From contig CACJLZ010000001.1 of the NCBI GenBank assembly GCA_902594395.1, positions 41,551-105,550 on the forward strand: a stretch of DNA of 64,000 nucleotides, written 5' to 3'. The notes beneath the pieces were generated by a model. It saw nothing but the letters and a program-made list of their open reading frames with translations, did not search any database and was not told the origin of the DNA. Shown here in pieces: positions 1-9,806 of this stretch. This DNA is from an uncultured Pelagibacteraceae bacterium (GTDB taxonomy: Bacteria; Pseudomonadota; Alphaproteobacteria; Pelagibacterales; Pelagibacteraceae). Numbering within the stretch: position 1 is the first letter of the stretch; every line of letters starts with the position of its first letter. The translations under genes and the position numbers were made by a program.

Positions 1-1
1 T

Positions 2-856
2 GGTGATGATCATAAATTTCCAATAAACAAATTTGGTGATCTTGCAGATTATTTAATAAGCAAAAAAATTGTAAAAAAATTTCATGAACCATATCCCTGT
101 TCAATAGAAACTTTAAAGAGAGCTCATTCAGAGGAATATATTAATCATATTAAAAATAAAACTTTGGATGAGATTGGTGTAAAAAAAATAGGATTTCCTT
201 TAGTTGATAGTGTAGTTCAAAGATCTTTTATGGCAACTGGTGGCACAGTATTAGCCTCAAAGTTAGCAATAAATTATGGCGTAGCTTGTAATACTGCAGG
301 TGGTAGCCACCATGCTAATTATCAAGGTGGTGCTGGTTACTGTGTTTTTAATGATGTAGCAGTAGCATCACAATATTTATTAGATAGAGGGTTGGCTGGA
401 AAAATCTTGATTATAGATTTAGATGTTCATCAAGGAAACGGTAATTCAGATATATTTAAAGATAATAGAAATGTTTTTACTTTTAGTATGCATTCCAAAT
501 CAAATTATCCTGCAAAAAAATCTATTAGTGACTGCGATGTAGAGCTAGAAAATGATTTAGAGGATAAAGAATATTTAAAGATACTAAAATTTTATTTAAA
601 TCAATTAAATCAAGAAAATTTTGATTTTGTATTTTATATTGCAGGAGTTGATATTCATTTCAATGATAGACTTGGAAAATTAAAAGTTTCTGATGAAGGA
701 GTAAAAAAAAGAGATGAAATTGTTACAGAAAATTTTTTTTCAAAAGGAATACCTCTTTGTGGCGTTTTAGGTGGTGGTTATAATAAAGACGCTAAAAAGC
801 TTGTTGAATTACATTCTTATTTACATCAATCATGTGCTAAATTAGTTAAAATATGA
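2..856 (+). CDS. Histone deacetylase family (AcuC/AphA-like) Zn-dependent deacetylase, 5' end outside window
   Basis: GGSHHA, GYCVFND, IDLDVHQGNG, AGVDIH..DRLG and GGGY motifs. The frame is open from base 2 (GDDHKFPINKF...), so the gene starts upstream of the window. Confidence 0.9.
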   Translation, partial: GDDHKFPINKFGDLADYLISKKIVKKFHEPYPCSIETLKRAHSEEYINHIKNKTLDEIGVKKIGFPLVDSVVQRSFMATGGTVLASKLAINYGVACNTAGGSHHANYQGGAGYCVFNDVAVASQYLLDRGLAGKILIIDLDVHQGNGNSDIFKDNRNVFTFSMHSKSNYPAKKSISDCDVELENDLEDKEYLKILKFYLNQLNQENFDFVFYIAGVDIHFNDRLGKLKVSDEGVKKRDEIVTENFFSKGIPLCGVLGGGYNKDAKKLVELHSYLHQSCAKLVKI

Positions 857-1224
857 AGAAAAAAAACTCAAATTTAACCGCAGAACAAAAATTAGTTATG
901 TTTGAAGATGGAACTGAACCGCCAGGCTCAAGCGAGTTAAATAATGAAAAACGAGATGGAATTTACCTTTGTGCAAATTGCGGTGTAAAATTATTTTCAT
1001 CTGATGCCAAATATGAAAGTGGATCTGGTTGGCCATCATTTTTTCAATCATTACCGGATGTTTTTGAAACTAAAACTGATTATATTCTTGGTTATGCTCG
1101 AACAGAATATCATTGTAAAAACTGTAATGCTCATCATGGTCACATTTTTGATGATGGACCTAAACCAACAGGTAAAAGGTACTGTAATAATGGTGTTTGT
1201 TTAGTTTTTAAGAGCAAAGTTTAG
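853..1224 (+). CDS. msrB: Peptide-methionine (R)-S-oxide reductase MsrB
   Basis: GTEPP, CANC/CKNC Zn motifs, SGSGWPSF, HHGHIFDDGP, RYCNNG. Confidence 0.96.
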   Translation: MKKKNSNLTAEQKLVMFEDGTEPPGSSELNNEKRDGIYLCANCGVKLFSSDAKYESGSGWPSFFQSLPDVFETKTDYILGYARTEYHCKNCNAHHGHIFDDGPKPTGKRYCNNGVCLVFKSKV

Positions 1225-1476
1225 AGATTCTTTTAAGTTTTTAAAATTTTGCAATTTTTAAACAGATTTTGTTTATCAAAAGAGCTTCTATTCAACTTGG
1301 GATATATATTTGGGAATATGTTAAAAAACTCTAATTTTAAATACTTTTTAAGTGATAATTTTGCAACAAATCAAAAAAAGAGAGATTTTAGATAAATTAT
1401 TTTTTTAAATAATAGCCTAATATGCTAAATATTCTGCTTATATATATAAGTTTAATATTAAACAAAGGGACAAGTA

Positions 1477-2145
1477 ATGAAGAAAATTATAGCAACTATA
1501 GTAGCTTTAGTATTTTCGACGTCAGCATATGCTGTAACACTTTCTGATATATCAGTCGGCGCAAGTATCAATCATGGTATTTACGGTGGTAATGGTAAAG
1601 AGGAAAATTTTGACCACGTTGGTACTTTGGCAACAACTACTAAAAAAGATGGTGCTGCATTTGTAGACACATATGCAACAATCTTTGTTGAGGCTGCACT
1701 TAACGAAAATATCTCTTTAGGTATTAGTTATGCTCCAGAAGCAATTGATACACCTCAAAACATTAACAGTGCTGAGGGTGAGAAAAATGGTGCAGGTCAT
1801 GTAGACATTAAAGTAAGTGCTGAATTTGAAGATTTAACTACAGTTTATGCTTTAGTAAAATCAGACATTGGTGTATTCGCAAAAGTTGGTTATTCTCAAA
1901 TGGATATTAATGTAGCTTCAGAAAATGCTGGAACTTATAAAGACACAGATACAGATGGTATTGAAGTTGCAATAGGTTATGAGCATGACATGGGTGAATT
2001 TGGTGTTAGAGCTGAATTAGCTTACCATTCATTTGATGATGTAAAAGCAGACAACGGTAAATCTTCTGATGTTGATGCAAACAAAATAACTGTATCAAAT
2101 ATGGAAGGCGCTACTGCAAGAATATCATTAGTTAAAACATTTTAA
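1477..2145 (+). CDS. Outer-membrane beta-barrel (porin/OmpA-like TM domain) protein
   Basis: Sec signal peptide, alternating amphipathic strands (GVRAELAY, ARISLVKTF), C-terminal Phe, AAGGGA RBS, strong terminator downstream. Confidence 0.8.
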   Translation: MKKIIATIVALVFSTSAYAVTLSDISVGASINHGIYGGNGKEENFDHVGTLATTTKKDGAAFVDTYATIFVEAALNENISLGISYAPEAIDTPQNINSAEGEKNGAGHVDIKVSAEFEDLTTVYALVKSDIGVFAKVGYSQMDINVASENAGTYKDTDTDGIEVAIGYEHDMGEFGVRAELAYHSFDDVKADNGKSSDVDANKITVSNMEGATARISLVKTF

Positions 2146-2168
2146 TTAATAATATAAATTTAAAATTT

Positions 2169-2199
2169 AAAGGCTGGGTTTTACCCAGCCTTTTTTTTT
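2169..2199 (+). terminator. Rho-independent terminator
   Basis: AAGGCTGGG-TTTTA-CCCAGCCTT hairpin followed by a T run. Confidence 0.9.
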
Positions 2200-2234
2200 G
2201 TTCAAATAAACAGCTCAATAATGTACTTTGAGTT

Positions 2235-2993
2235 ATGAATTTAGGATTTATCGGTACAGGAAACATTGTTTCAGATGTAATATTTGGAATAAGTAAATCG
2301 AAAATTAAATATAAAAAAATAATTCTTTCACCAAGAAACAAAAAAAAAGCACTTTACTTAAAAAAGTATTTTAAAAAAGTTACCGTCGCTAAGGATAATC
2401 AAGACGTTATCAATAAAGCAGATTGGGTATTTCTAGGAGTATTACCTAAAGTTGGAGATGCAATATTACCAAAACTTCAGTTTAAGAATAAACAAATCGT
2501 AGTAAGTTTTTTGTCTACAACAAATTATCAAAAATTAAAAAAATTAATTAAAACAAAATCTATTATTATACGAGCTATTCCAATGCCACCAATTAGATTA
2601 GCCAAAGGTCCAGTTGCAATATTTCCACCAAACAAAAACGTAAAAAAATTTTTTGATAAAATAGGCACAACAATAGAAATTAGAAATGAAAAATTATATA
2701 AGAATTTTTGGGCAATTTCAGGGACTATGGCATCATTTTATGAGTTATTAAATGTTTTATCGAAATGGTTGATTAGAAAAAAAACAAATGAAAAAGATGC
2801 ACAAAAATATGTAACTTTGTTATATTCAGCTTTAGCTGAGCTAGCACTTTTAAAATCATCAAAACCACTAAAAAATTTAGTTGATGAACAAACACCAGGC
2901 GGATTGAATTGGCAAGGTGTTAACGAATTAAGAAAATTAGGCTACTATAGATTACTGAAAAAATCACTTAAGAAAATTTATAAGAGACTATAA
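2235..2993 (+). CDS. proC: Pyrroline-5-carboxylate reductase family (ProC-like) NAD(P)-dependent oxidoreductase
   Basis: GFIGTGNI Rossmann motif, RAIPMP, TPGG near C-terminus; divergent family member. Confidence 0.65.
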   Translation: MNLGFIGTGNIVSDVIFGISKSKIKYKKIILSPRNKKKALYLKKYFKKVTVAKDNQDVINKADWVFLGVLPKVGDAILPKLQFKNKQIVVSFLSTTNYQKLKKLIKTKSIIIRAIPMPPIRLAKGPVAIFPPNKNVKKFFDKIGTTIEIRNEKLYKNFWAISGTMASFYELLNVLSKWLIRKKTNEKDAQKYVTLLYSALAELALLKSSKPLKNLVDEQTPGGLNWQGVNELRKLGYYRLLKKSLKKIYKRL

Positions 2994-3005
2994 TCTTACT
3001 TAAGA

Positions 3006-3791
3006 ATGCAAGATAATATTTTAGAAATAAAAAACTTATCAAAATATTTTGGTGGATTAGCTGCTGTTTTTAATTGTTCTTTAAAAGTAAAAAAGGGGAC
3101 TATAACAGGAATAATAGGACCAAATGGTTCAGGTAAAACCACATTGTTTAATTTAATTGCTGGAAATTTGAAATCTTCAGCTGGTAACGTTTTATTTAAT
3201 AATGAAAACATCACTGATATTCCGTCTTATGAACTATTTTCAAAAGGATTGTTAAGAACTTTTCAAATAGCACATGAATTTACAAATTTATCTGTTTTAG
3301 AAAATTTGATGATGGTACCAGGCGACCAATCTGGAGAAAAGCTGATGAATGCTTTGTTGAAACCTGGATTAGTTGCAAAAGAGGAAAGCCAAATCAAAGA
3401 AAAAGCAATGGAAGTAGTTGATTTTCTTAATTTGAGTCATCTAAAAAATGAATTGGCTGGAAATTTATCTGGAGGCCAAAAAAAACTATTAGAATTAGGA
3501 CGAACTATGATGGTTGATGCAAAATTAGTATTACTAGATGAGGTTGGAGCAGGAGTTAATAGGACTTTATTGAAGGATTTAGGCACAGCTATAGAAAAAT
3601 TAAACAGAGAGAAAGGATATACTTTTTGTATGATCGAACATGATATGGATTTTATTGGACGATTATGTGATCCGGTAATTGTTATGGCAGAGGGATCTGT
3701 TTTATTTGAGGGTTCTGTGGAAGATGCAAAAAAAGATGAAAGAGTAATTGAAAGCTATTTAGGTAGAGGTTCAAAACTAAAAGATAATTAA
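3006..3791 (+). CDS. livG: HAAT/LIV ABC transporter ATP-binding protein (LivG-like)
   Basis: FGGLAAV, GPNGSGKTT, LLRTFQ, LSGGQ, LLDE, IEHDM. Confidence 0.9.
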   Translation: MQDNILEIKNLSKYFGGLAAVFNCSLKVKKGTITGIIGPNGSGKTTLFNLIAGNLKSSAGNVLFNNENITDIPSYELFSKGLLRTFQIAHEFTNLSVLENLMMVPGDQSGEKLMNALLKPGLVAKEESQIKEKAMEVVDFLNLSHLKNELAGNLSGGQKKLLELGRTMMVDAKLVLLDEVGAGVNRTLLKDLGTAIEKLNREKGYTFCMIEHDMDFIGRLCDPVIVMAEGSVLFEGSVEDAKKDERVIESYLGRGSKLKDN

Positions 3792-3793
3792 TT

Positions 3794-4501
3794 ATGGCAT
3801 TTTTTGAGGGAAACAACATGACAGGTGGATATGGCAAAGGTCCAGATATAATCAATTCATGCACTGTTAATGTTGAAAGAGGAGAAATAGTTTCCATTCT
3901 TGGACCCAATGGCGCTGGAAAATCTACAGCTATGAAAGCCATGTTAGGTTTATTAAATTTAAAATCAGGCTCTGTAATTATTGACGGTAAAGACATCTCA
4001 AAACTTTCTCCACAAAATAGAGTGAAAGAGGGAATTTCATTTGTCCCTCAAACAAAAAATGTATTTGCAGGAATGACAGTTGAGGAAAATCTAGAAATGG
4101 GAGCTTTCTTAGTTAATGAAGATTACAAAAATGTAATTGATGAAATTTATAATCTTTTTCCGATTTTAACTGAAAAAAGAAAACAATTTGTAGGAGAATT
4201 GTCAGGAGGCCAAAGACAACAAGTTGCGTTAGGAAGGGCTCTGATGATCAAACCATCTGTACTTATGTTAGATGAGCCAACTGCTGGAGTTTCTCCAATA
4301 GTGATGGATGAACTTTTTGATCATATTATTAAAGTAAAAAAAACAAATGTCGCAATCTTGATGGTTGAGCAGAATGCTAAACAAGCTCTTAATATTTCTG
4401 ATAGAGGATATGTATTAGTCACTGGTGAAAATCGATATTCTGGGACAGGTAAAGAATTATTAAACGATCCAAGAGTAAGAAGCTCTTTTTTAGGTGGTTA
4501 A
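3794..4501 (+). CDS. livF: HAAT/LIV ABC transporter ATP-binding protein (LivF-like)
   Basis: GPNGAGKST, TVEENLEMG, LSGGQRQ, LDEPT, VEQNA. Confidence 0.9.
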   Translation: MAFFEGNNMTGGYGKGPDIINSCTVNVERGEIVSILGPNGAGKSTAMKAMLGLLNLKSGSVIIDGKDISKLSPQNRVKEGISFVPQTKNVFAGMTVEENLEMGAFLVNEDYKNVIDEIYNLFPILTEKRKQFVGELSGGQRQQVALGRALMIKPSVLMLDEPTAGVSPIVMDELFDHIIKVKKTNVAILMVEQNAKQALNISDRGYVLVTGENRYSGTGKELLNDPRVRSSFLGG

Positions 4502-5512
4502 ATGGATTTTCTAAACGCGTTAATCCTTTTATTAAATTATATTTTTGTTCCTGCTCTTGCCTATGGATCTCAATTAGCGATTGGAGCCATATTTGTAACT
4601 TTGATTTATGGAATACTGCGCTTTGCAAATTTTGCAACCGGAGACATGATGTCATTTGGTACAATGGTTGCTATACTTTTTACATGGTACTTTCAGTCAA
4701 TGGGTTTTACACTTGGTTTTTTACCCACTGCACTTTTAGCAATACCTTTTGCAATTCTATTTATGGGTTTATACATGCTAATAATTGATAAGTTTGTATT
4801 TAAATATTACAGGTTAAACAAAAGTCCCCCTGTTCAATTAGCAATGGTAAGCATAGGGGTAATGTTTGTTACTCAGGCAGTAGTAAGAATTATAATTGGT
4901 CCATCGGATAGAAGATTTTTTGATGGTGAGAAATTTTTGATTAGAGCTAATGAGTTTAAGGAAATGACAGGTTTAAACGAGGGACTTGCTATAAAATCAA
5001 CTCAATTAATTACAATTGTTGTGACTTTAATTTTAGTTTCAACTTTATTTTGGTTTTTAAATAAAACTAAAACTGGAAAAAGTATGAGAGCTTACTCTGA
5101 CAATGAAGATTTAGCATTACTTTCTGGAATAGATCCAAAAAAGATTGTTATGATAACTTGGATGATTGCTGCAATTTTAGCGACAATAGGTGGGGTTTTG
5201 TATGGTTTGGATAAAAGTTTTAAACCATTTACCTATTTTAATAATATGCTCCCAATATTTGCTGCTGCTATAGTTGGAGGAATAGGTAATCCTTTTGGCG
5301 CTTTCTTAGGAGGTTACGTAATTGCCTTTTCTGAAATACTTCTGACTTACGCGTATAAGAAATTCTTTATGTATGTGTTACCAGAAAGCATGGAACCTGA
5401 TGGCTTAATTCAGTTACTTTCAACTGATTATAAATTTGCAGTATCTTTTTCAATATTGGTAATTGTATTACTTTATCGTCCATCAGGAATATTTAAAGGA
5501 AAGATATTGTGA
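4502..5512 (+). CDS. livH: HAAT/LIV ABC transporter permease (LivH-like)
   Basis: LIYGILRFANFA, TKTGKSMRA, IVGGIGN, LYRPSGIF. Confidence 0.9.
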   Translation: MDFLNALILLLNYIFVPALAYGSQLAIGAIFVTLIYGILRFANFATGDMMSFGTMVAILFTWYFQSMGFTLGFLPTALLAIPFAILFMGLYMLIIDKFVFKYYRLNKSPPVQLAMVSIGVMFVTQAVVRIIIGPSDRRFFDGEKFLIRANEFKEMTGLNEGLAIKSTQLITIVVTLILVSTLFWFLNKTKTGKSMRAYSDNEDLALLSGIDPKKIVMITWMIAAILATIGGVLYGLDKSFKPFTYFNNMLPIFAAAIVGGIGNPFGAFLGGYVIAFSEILLTYAYKKFFMYVLPESMEPDGLIQLLSTDYKFAVSFSILVIVLLYRPSGIFKGKIL

Positions 5513-6879
5513 GAAAAAATTTAAACGTAATTGCAGCTTACAGTATTATGATGGGATTAATTATCCTTGTAGGTATATTTCAATCTTGGAATATTGCTTT
5601 ATCTATCTTTAATTTATGTTTGATATCAGCTGTCATGACGATGGGTGCTAATATTCAATGGGGTTATGCTGGTTTAATTAACTTTGGAATAATGGGCTTT
5701 ACTGCATTAGGTGGTCTAGCTGCAGTTTTAATTTCTGTAAATCCAGTTCAAGAGGCTTGGAGTGCAGGGGGTATTAACATTTTATTGAGTTTATTTCTCA
5801 TTATTGGAATTGTTTTAGCTGTAAGATTTGTTCTCAAAAAATATCAGAAATCTAAAATTAGAAGTTACATTATAGCTGCAATAATTATTTTAGGAATAAT
5901 TATCATACGATTTGTATCTGAACCTGGTATTGAGGCAATTGAAGAAGTAAACCCAGCTAGAACTGGGTTTCTAGGTGGGCTAGGGCTTCCAATAATTTTT
6001 TCTTGGATAGTGGGCGCTTTTTTTGCAGGAGGATTAGCTTTTGTAATTGGAAAAGTAGCATTGGGTTTAAGAGCTGATTATTTAGCGATAGCCACATTAC
6101 TAATATCTGAAATAGTTATAGCAATTATAAAACACGAAGATTGGCTAACTAGAGGTGTTAAAAATGTAATTGGATTAAAGCGTCCTGCTCCATATGAAGT
6201 TAACTTACAAGAAACAGAATGGTTTATAAATCTAGTTGAAAAATTTAATTCAGGAAAATTAGCTTTAATTTCTGATCTGTCAGAAAGGCAATCAGCTCTA
6301 AATCAATTTGTAATAGAAGGATCATCGGTATTTGTAAAACTTTGCTATTCAGGTTTATTCTTAGTTGTTGTGATTATTCTTTTAATCTTAACTCAGAAAG
6401 CTCTTTACTCTCCTTGGGGAAGAATGATGAGAGCTATTAGAGACAATGAGGAAGCTGCCAACGCTATGGGGAAAAATGTAGTTAAACAGCATTTGTTAAT
6501 TTTTGTTTTAGGATCAGCTATTGTTGGTATTGCAGGAGCTATGCTTGTGACACAAGATGGATTATTTACACCAGGAAGTTATAGACCTTTGAGATACACT
6601 TTTTTAATTTGGGTAATGGTAATTGTTGGTGGAAGTGGAAACAATTTTGGAGCAATTCTTGGAGGTTTTGTAGTTTGGTTCTTATGGATTGAGGCAGCAC
6701 CAATCGGATTATATTTAGTTAATTTAATAACAGCAGGTTTAGAAGACACACATTTTTTAAAAGTTCATTTAATTGAAAGTGTCCCTTATTTTAGATTTTT
6801 AATGATGGGAATAGGTTTATTATTAATTATGAGGTATAGACCAAAGGGTATACTTCCTGAAAAAATAGAAATAAAATAA
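5509..6879 (+). CDS. livM: HAAT/LIV ABC transporter permease (LivM-like)
   Basis: WGYAGLINFG, LRADYLAIATL, SPWGRMMRAIRDNE, IVGGSGN; GTG start overlaps the livH stop. Confidence 0.9.
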   Translation: MRKNLNVIAAYSIMMGLIILVGIFQSWNIALSIFNLCLISAVMTMGANIQWGYAGLINFGIMGFTALGGLAAVLISVNPVQEAWSAGGINILLSLFLIIGIVLAVRFVLKKYQKSKIRSYIIAAIIILGIIIIRFVSEPGIEAIEEVNPARTGFLGGLGLPIIFSWIVGAFFAGGLAFVIGKVALGLRADYLAIATLLISEIVIAIIKHEDWLTRGVKNVIGLKRPAPYEVNLQETEWFINLVEKFNSGKLALISDLSERQSALNQFVIEGSSVFVKLCYSGLFLVVVIILLILTQKALYSPWGRMMRAIRDNEEAANAMGKNVVKQHLLIFVLGSAIVGIAGAMLVTQDGLFTPGSYRPLRYTFLIWVMVIVGGSGNNFGAILGGFVVWFLWIEAAPIGLYLVNLITAGLEDTHFLKVHLIESVPYFRFLMMGIGLLLIMRYRPKGILPEKIEIK

Positions 6880-6883
6880 GAAT

Positions 6884-6955
6884 ATGAAATATATAATTAC
6901 AGGTGCTGCTATTGCTTGGGCTTTATATATGGCAGATAAATATTTATTTTTTTAA
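6884..6955 (+). CDS. Putative 23-aa single-TM microprotein MKYIITGAAIAWALYMADKYLFF (not in ORF track)
   Basis: ATG 4 nt after the livM stop; hydrophobic core; ends just before the operon terminator. Confidence 0.5.
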   Translation: MKYIITGAAIAWALYMADKYLFF

Positions 6956-7002
6956 AAAAAAAACCCCCAACATTAAAGATGTCAGGGGTTTAATTTTTTT
7001 TA
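6954..7002. terminator. Bidirectional terminator between convergent livM operon and SBP gene
   Basis: A run, imperfect hairpin AAACCCC-CAACAT-TAAAG-ATGTCA-GGGGTTT, then T run. Confidence 0.75.
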
Positions 7003-7010
7003 GATAAAAA

Positions 7011-8192
7011 TTATCTTTGTTTTTTAGTTTTGAATTTTCCGCCTTTAACTTCTTGTTCTAAGAAAGAACCTTCAGCTTCACCGACGCTAGTAAAAGTAAC
7101 TCCAGTTGCACCTTCGTAGTCAACTTTTTTACCTTTAGCTAATAAATCTAAACCTTTTTTAAGTTGACCTGGATAGATCTTTGTTCCAGGACCATTAGCA
7201 ACATCCATTACATTTTTTGCAATTGATGCTCTATCAGCTGAGTTACCTGCTTGCATAGCTAAAACTATTAAAGCGGCAGCATCATATGATTCTCCTGTGT
7301 ATGGACCAGAACTGTCTATACCAGCAGCACTTGCTACTTTAGCAAACACTCCAGCTCCTTTTCCAGTTGAGCCAGGTAATGAACCAAAAGATTTATTTAA
7401 ATCTTTTCCAAATTCATCAACTAAAGATTGACCGATCATACCATCTGATAAAATAAATCTATCAAATGCACCTGAGTCTAAAGATGCTTGAATAATACCT
7501 TTACCACCTTGATCTAAGTAACCTATTACTGCTACCGCATCTCCACCTGCTGAAGCAAGTGTTGCTACTTCAGATGAATAGTCCGCTTTACCATCCTCGT
7601 GCGCTGTTACAGTAGTAACTTTAATACCATGAGCTTCAACAGCTGCTTTATAAACATCTGCTAAACCTTTTCCATAGTCGTTATTAGTGTATGTAATTGC
7701 TACACTTTTAATTTTTCTGTCTTTAGTAACATCAGCTAAGATTTGACCACCTCTTGCATCTGAAGGAGCTGTTCTAAAAAAGTATCCTTTATCGTCAAGA
7801 GTTGTTAAACCTGGAGATGTTGCAGAAGGTGAAATCATTACAACACCATTTGGTACTGCAACATTAGATGCAATCGCACCTGTTACACCTGAACAGTCAG
7901 CTCCCATAATTGCTGCAACACCTTGTGCAATAACACCTTCGGCTGCCGCAGTGGCTGCCGCTGAGTCAACACAAGTTGAGTCTGCTCTTACAACTGAAAT
8001 TTTCTCACCACCAAGTAATGACCCAGAATCTGAGGCTTCGTTAAAAGCAAGCTCAGCAGATGCTGCCATTGCTGGCGTAAGGGATTCAATTGGACCAGTA
8101 AATCCTAATATAATTCCCATTTTTACTTCTGCAAAAACATTTGTTGTAAAAGTAGAAACAAATATAAATGCTGCCACAAATAGTTTTTTCAT
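7011..8192 (-). CDS. HAAT/LIV-family ABC substrate-binding protein, probably for L-pyroglutamate or a related amino acid
   Basis: Signal peptide, GADCSG, ISPSATSP, FFRTAPSD, NNDYGKG, YDAA; lies between livGFHM and pxpABC. Confidence 0.88.
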   Translation of the reverse strand: MKKLFVAAFIFVSTFTTNVFAEVKMGIILGFTGPIESLTPAMAASAELAFNEASDSGSLLGGEKISVVRADSTCVDSAAATAAAEGVIAQGVAAIMGADCSGVTGAIASNVAVPNGVVMISPSATSPGLTTLDDKGYFFRTAPSDARGGQILADVTKDRKIKSVAITYTNNDYGKGLADVYKAAVEAHGIKVTTVTAHEDGKADYSSEVATLASAGGDAVAVIGYLDQGGKGIIQASLDSGAFDRFILSDGMIGQSLVDEFGKDLNKSFGSLPGSTGKGAGVFAKVASAAGIDSSGPYTGESYDAAALIVLAMQAGNSADRASIAKNVMDVANGPGTKIYPGQLKKGLDLLAKGKKVDYEGATGVTFTSVGEAEGSFLEQEVKGGKFKTKKQR

Positions 8193-8267
8193 TATTATCC
8201 TCTTTTATTTTTAACAATTTTTAAAAACTAAATTAAATCTGATTTATAAAAAGTTGCAATAAGCAAA

Positions 8268-9125
8268 TTATTTAATTTTGTGTAAAAAAAACACCGAAGT
8301 GATTACAATTATACCACCCAATATGAACAAAATAGTGGGTACTTCACCGAAAATTAGATATGTGAGAACTATTCCAAATATTGGAAAGAGAGAATAAAAA
8401 GGAAAAATCTTACCCACAGTATAAAATTTATAGAGATGAAACATCAGCAGGTGTGCACATAAAGATACTATCACTGCTTGATAAGATATAAGCATCCATG
8501 ATTCAAAATGTATTTGCTTAATATTTTCTCGAACATTACCCTCAATGAAAACTGAAATAATTATAAGTATTATAAAACCAAAAATGCCCGTGCTAGCATT
8601 TATCATACTGATTGGCAGCTCTTTTAGTTGCCTAGAATAAACTTGTGCAAGTCCGAAAAATAAAGCCATAAGACTGGCAAAAAATAAACCTAAATAGTTT
8701 TCTGTTAATTTAGGATCAAAAAAAATTATAACTATTCCAAGAAAGGATGTGAAAATCAAAATCCATTTATTTTTACTAATATTTTCATTTAGTAGAAATG
8801 CACTTGCAAGTATTCCGAATGGTATTGCAAGTTGAGATCCTAAAATTATAGGAGCAATTATTGAGGAATGAAATAACGATAGATTCATAAATACATAAAC
8901 TAAAACACCCATAGATATTGAAAATAATACCAATGGTTTAAAAAACTTTTTATTTGGTAATCTAAATTTCCAAAAAGGTATTAGTAATAAAAAGACCAAT
9001 CCCATTCTTAATGAGGCCATTAAGATGGGTGGAACAGAATTATTAAGAGCCAACTTAGCTACAGGAAACGCACTCCCATGAGCTATCATTATAAAGATTA
9101 AAATGAATAAGTGTTTTAGTGGCAA
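8268..9125 (-). CDS. EamA/DMT family transporter
   Basis: About 10 TM helices, two EamA repeats, LLNENI and IFGEVP loop motifs. Confidence 0.85.
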   Translation of the reverse strand: MPLKHLFILIFIMIAHGSAFPVAKLALNNSVPPILMASLRMGLVFLLLIPFWKFRLPNKKFFKPLVLFSISMGVLVYVFMNLSLFHSSIIAPIILGSQLAIPFGILASAFLLNENISKNKWILIFTSFLGIVIIFFDPKLTENYLGLFFASLMALFFGLAQVYSRQLKELPISMINASTGIFGFIILIIISVFIEGNVRENIKQIHFESWMLISYQAVIVSLCAHLLMFHLYKFYTVGKIFPFYSLFPIFGIVLTYLIFGEVPTILFILGGIIVITSVFFLHKIK

Positions 9126-9134
9126 TTTTTTTGA

Positions 9135-9746
9135 TTAGAAGTATTTTTTAAAGGTTTCATTAATTGATAAAACACCATAATCATTTAATCCACCAATAAT
9201 CAACTGTAAAGCAACAAGTAAGATAAAACCTAAACCAACATAGGCAATCCAAAGATGTCTTTGAATATAATTTGCTAAATATGTAGCTAATGCACCAGTC
9301 AAAACAACTGACAAGATAAGCCCAAACATCATATAGCCAAAATTACCTTTTGCAGCACCAACAACACCAATGACGTTATCAAAACTGATGGTTATGTCTG
9401 CAAAAAGGACTTTATAAATACTTTTAATAAATGATGGTTCTTTTGATTTTTTAGTAGGTGATTTGATCTTTTTAATTTCAAATAAATCTTTTCTAAGGTC
9501 ATTAACAATCCAGATTAAAAGAAGACCGCCAATTATTTTGACCCAATAAAATTGGAAAAGGTAAGTAGCAAAAATAGCAAATAAAACTTTGAAAACAAGT
9601 GCACCAACTACGCCCCAAAAAATAATCAATTTTCTATTTTTAGGTACAAAGTTTGCAGCAATTAAACCAATTATAATTGCATTATCCGCAGCCAAGATAA
9701 TATCAATAAATATGATCTGTAAGAGTATGAGAGATTCTTCTAACAA
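9135..9746 (-). CDS. TerC family (YjbE-like) metal transport membrane protein
   Basis: IDIILAADNA, GGLLLIWI, ADITISFDNVIGV motifs. Confidence 0.88.
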   Translation of the reverse strand: MLEESLILLQIIFIDIILAADNAIIIGLIAANFVPKNRKLIIFWGVVGALVFKVLFAIFATYLFQFYWVKIIGGLLLIWIVNDLRKDLFEIKKIKSPTKKSKEPSFIKSIYKVLFADITISFDNVIGVVGAAKGNFGYMMFGLILSVVLTGALATYLANYIQRHLWIAYVGLGFILLVALQLIIGGLNDYGVLSINETFKKYF

Positions 9747-9764
9747 TGTAATATCATTTTAAAA

Positions 9765-9796
9765 AACAATTATAATTGTTCAGATCCTGTTGTCTA
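9765..9796 (-). promoter_or_regulatory. Sigma70-like promoter for the TerC gene with a 16-bp palindrome over the -10
   Basis: Minus strand TAGACA-N16-TATAAT; perfect palindrome AACAATTATAATTGTT at 9765-9780. Confidence 0.45.
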
Positions 9797-9806
9797 TTAC
9801 TAGTAA

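Noticed and set aside
1318-1395. 25-aa ORF in the msrB-porin gap
   Set aside because: No hydrophobic or motif character and weak initiation context
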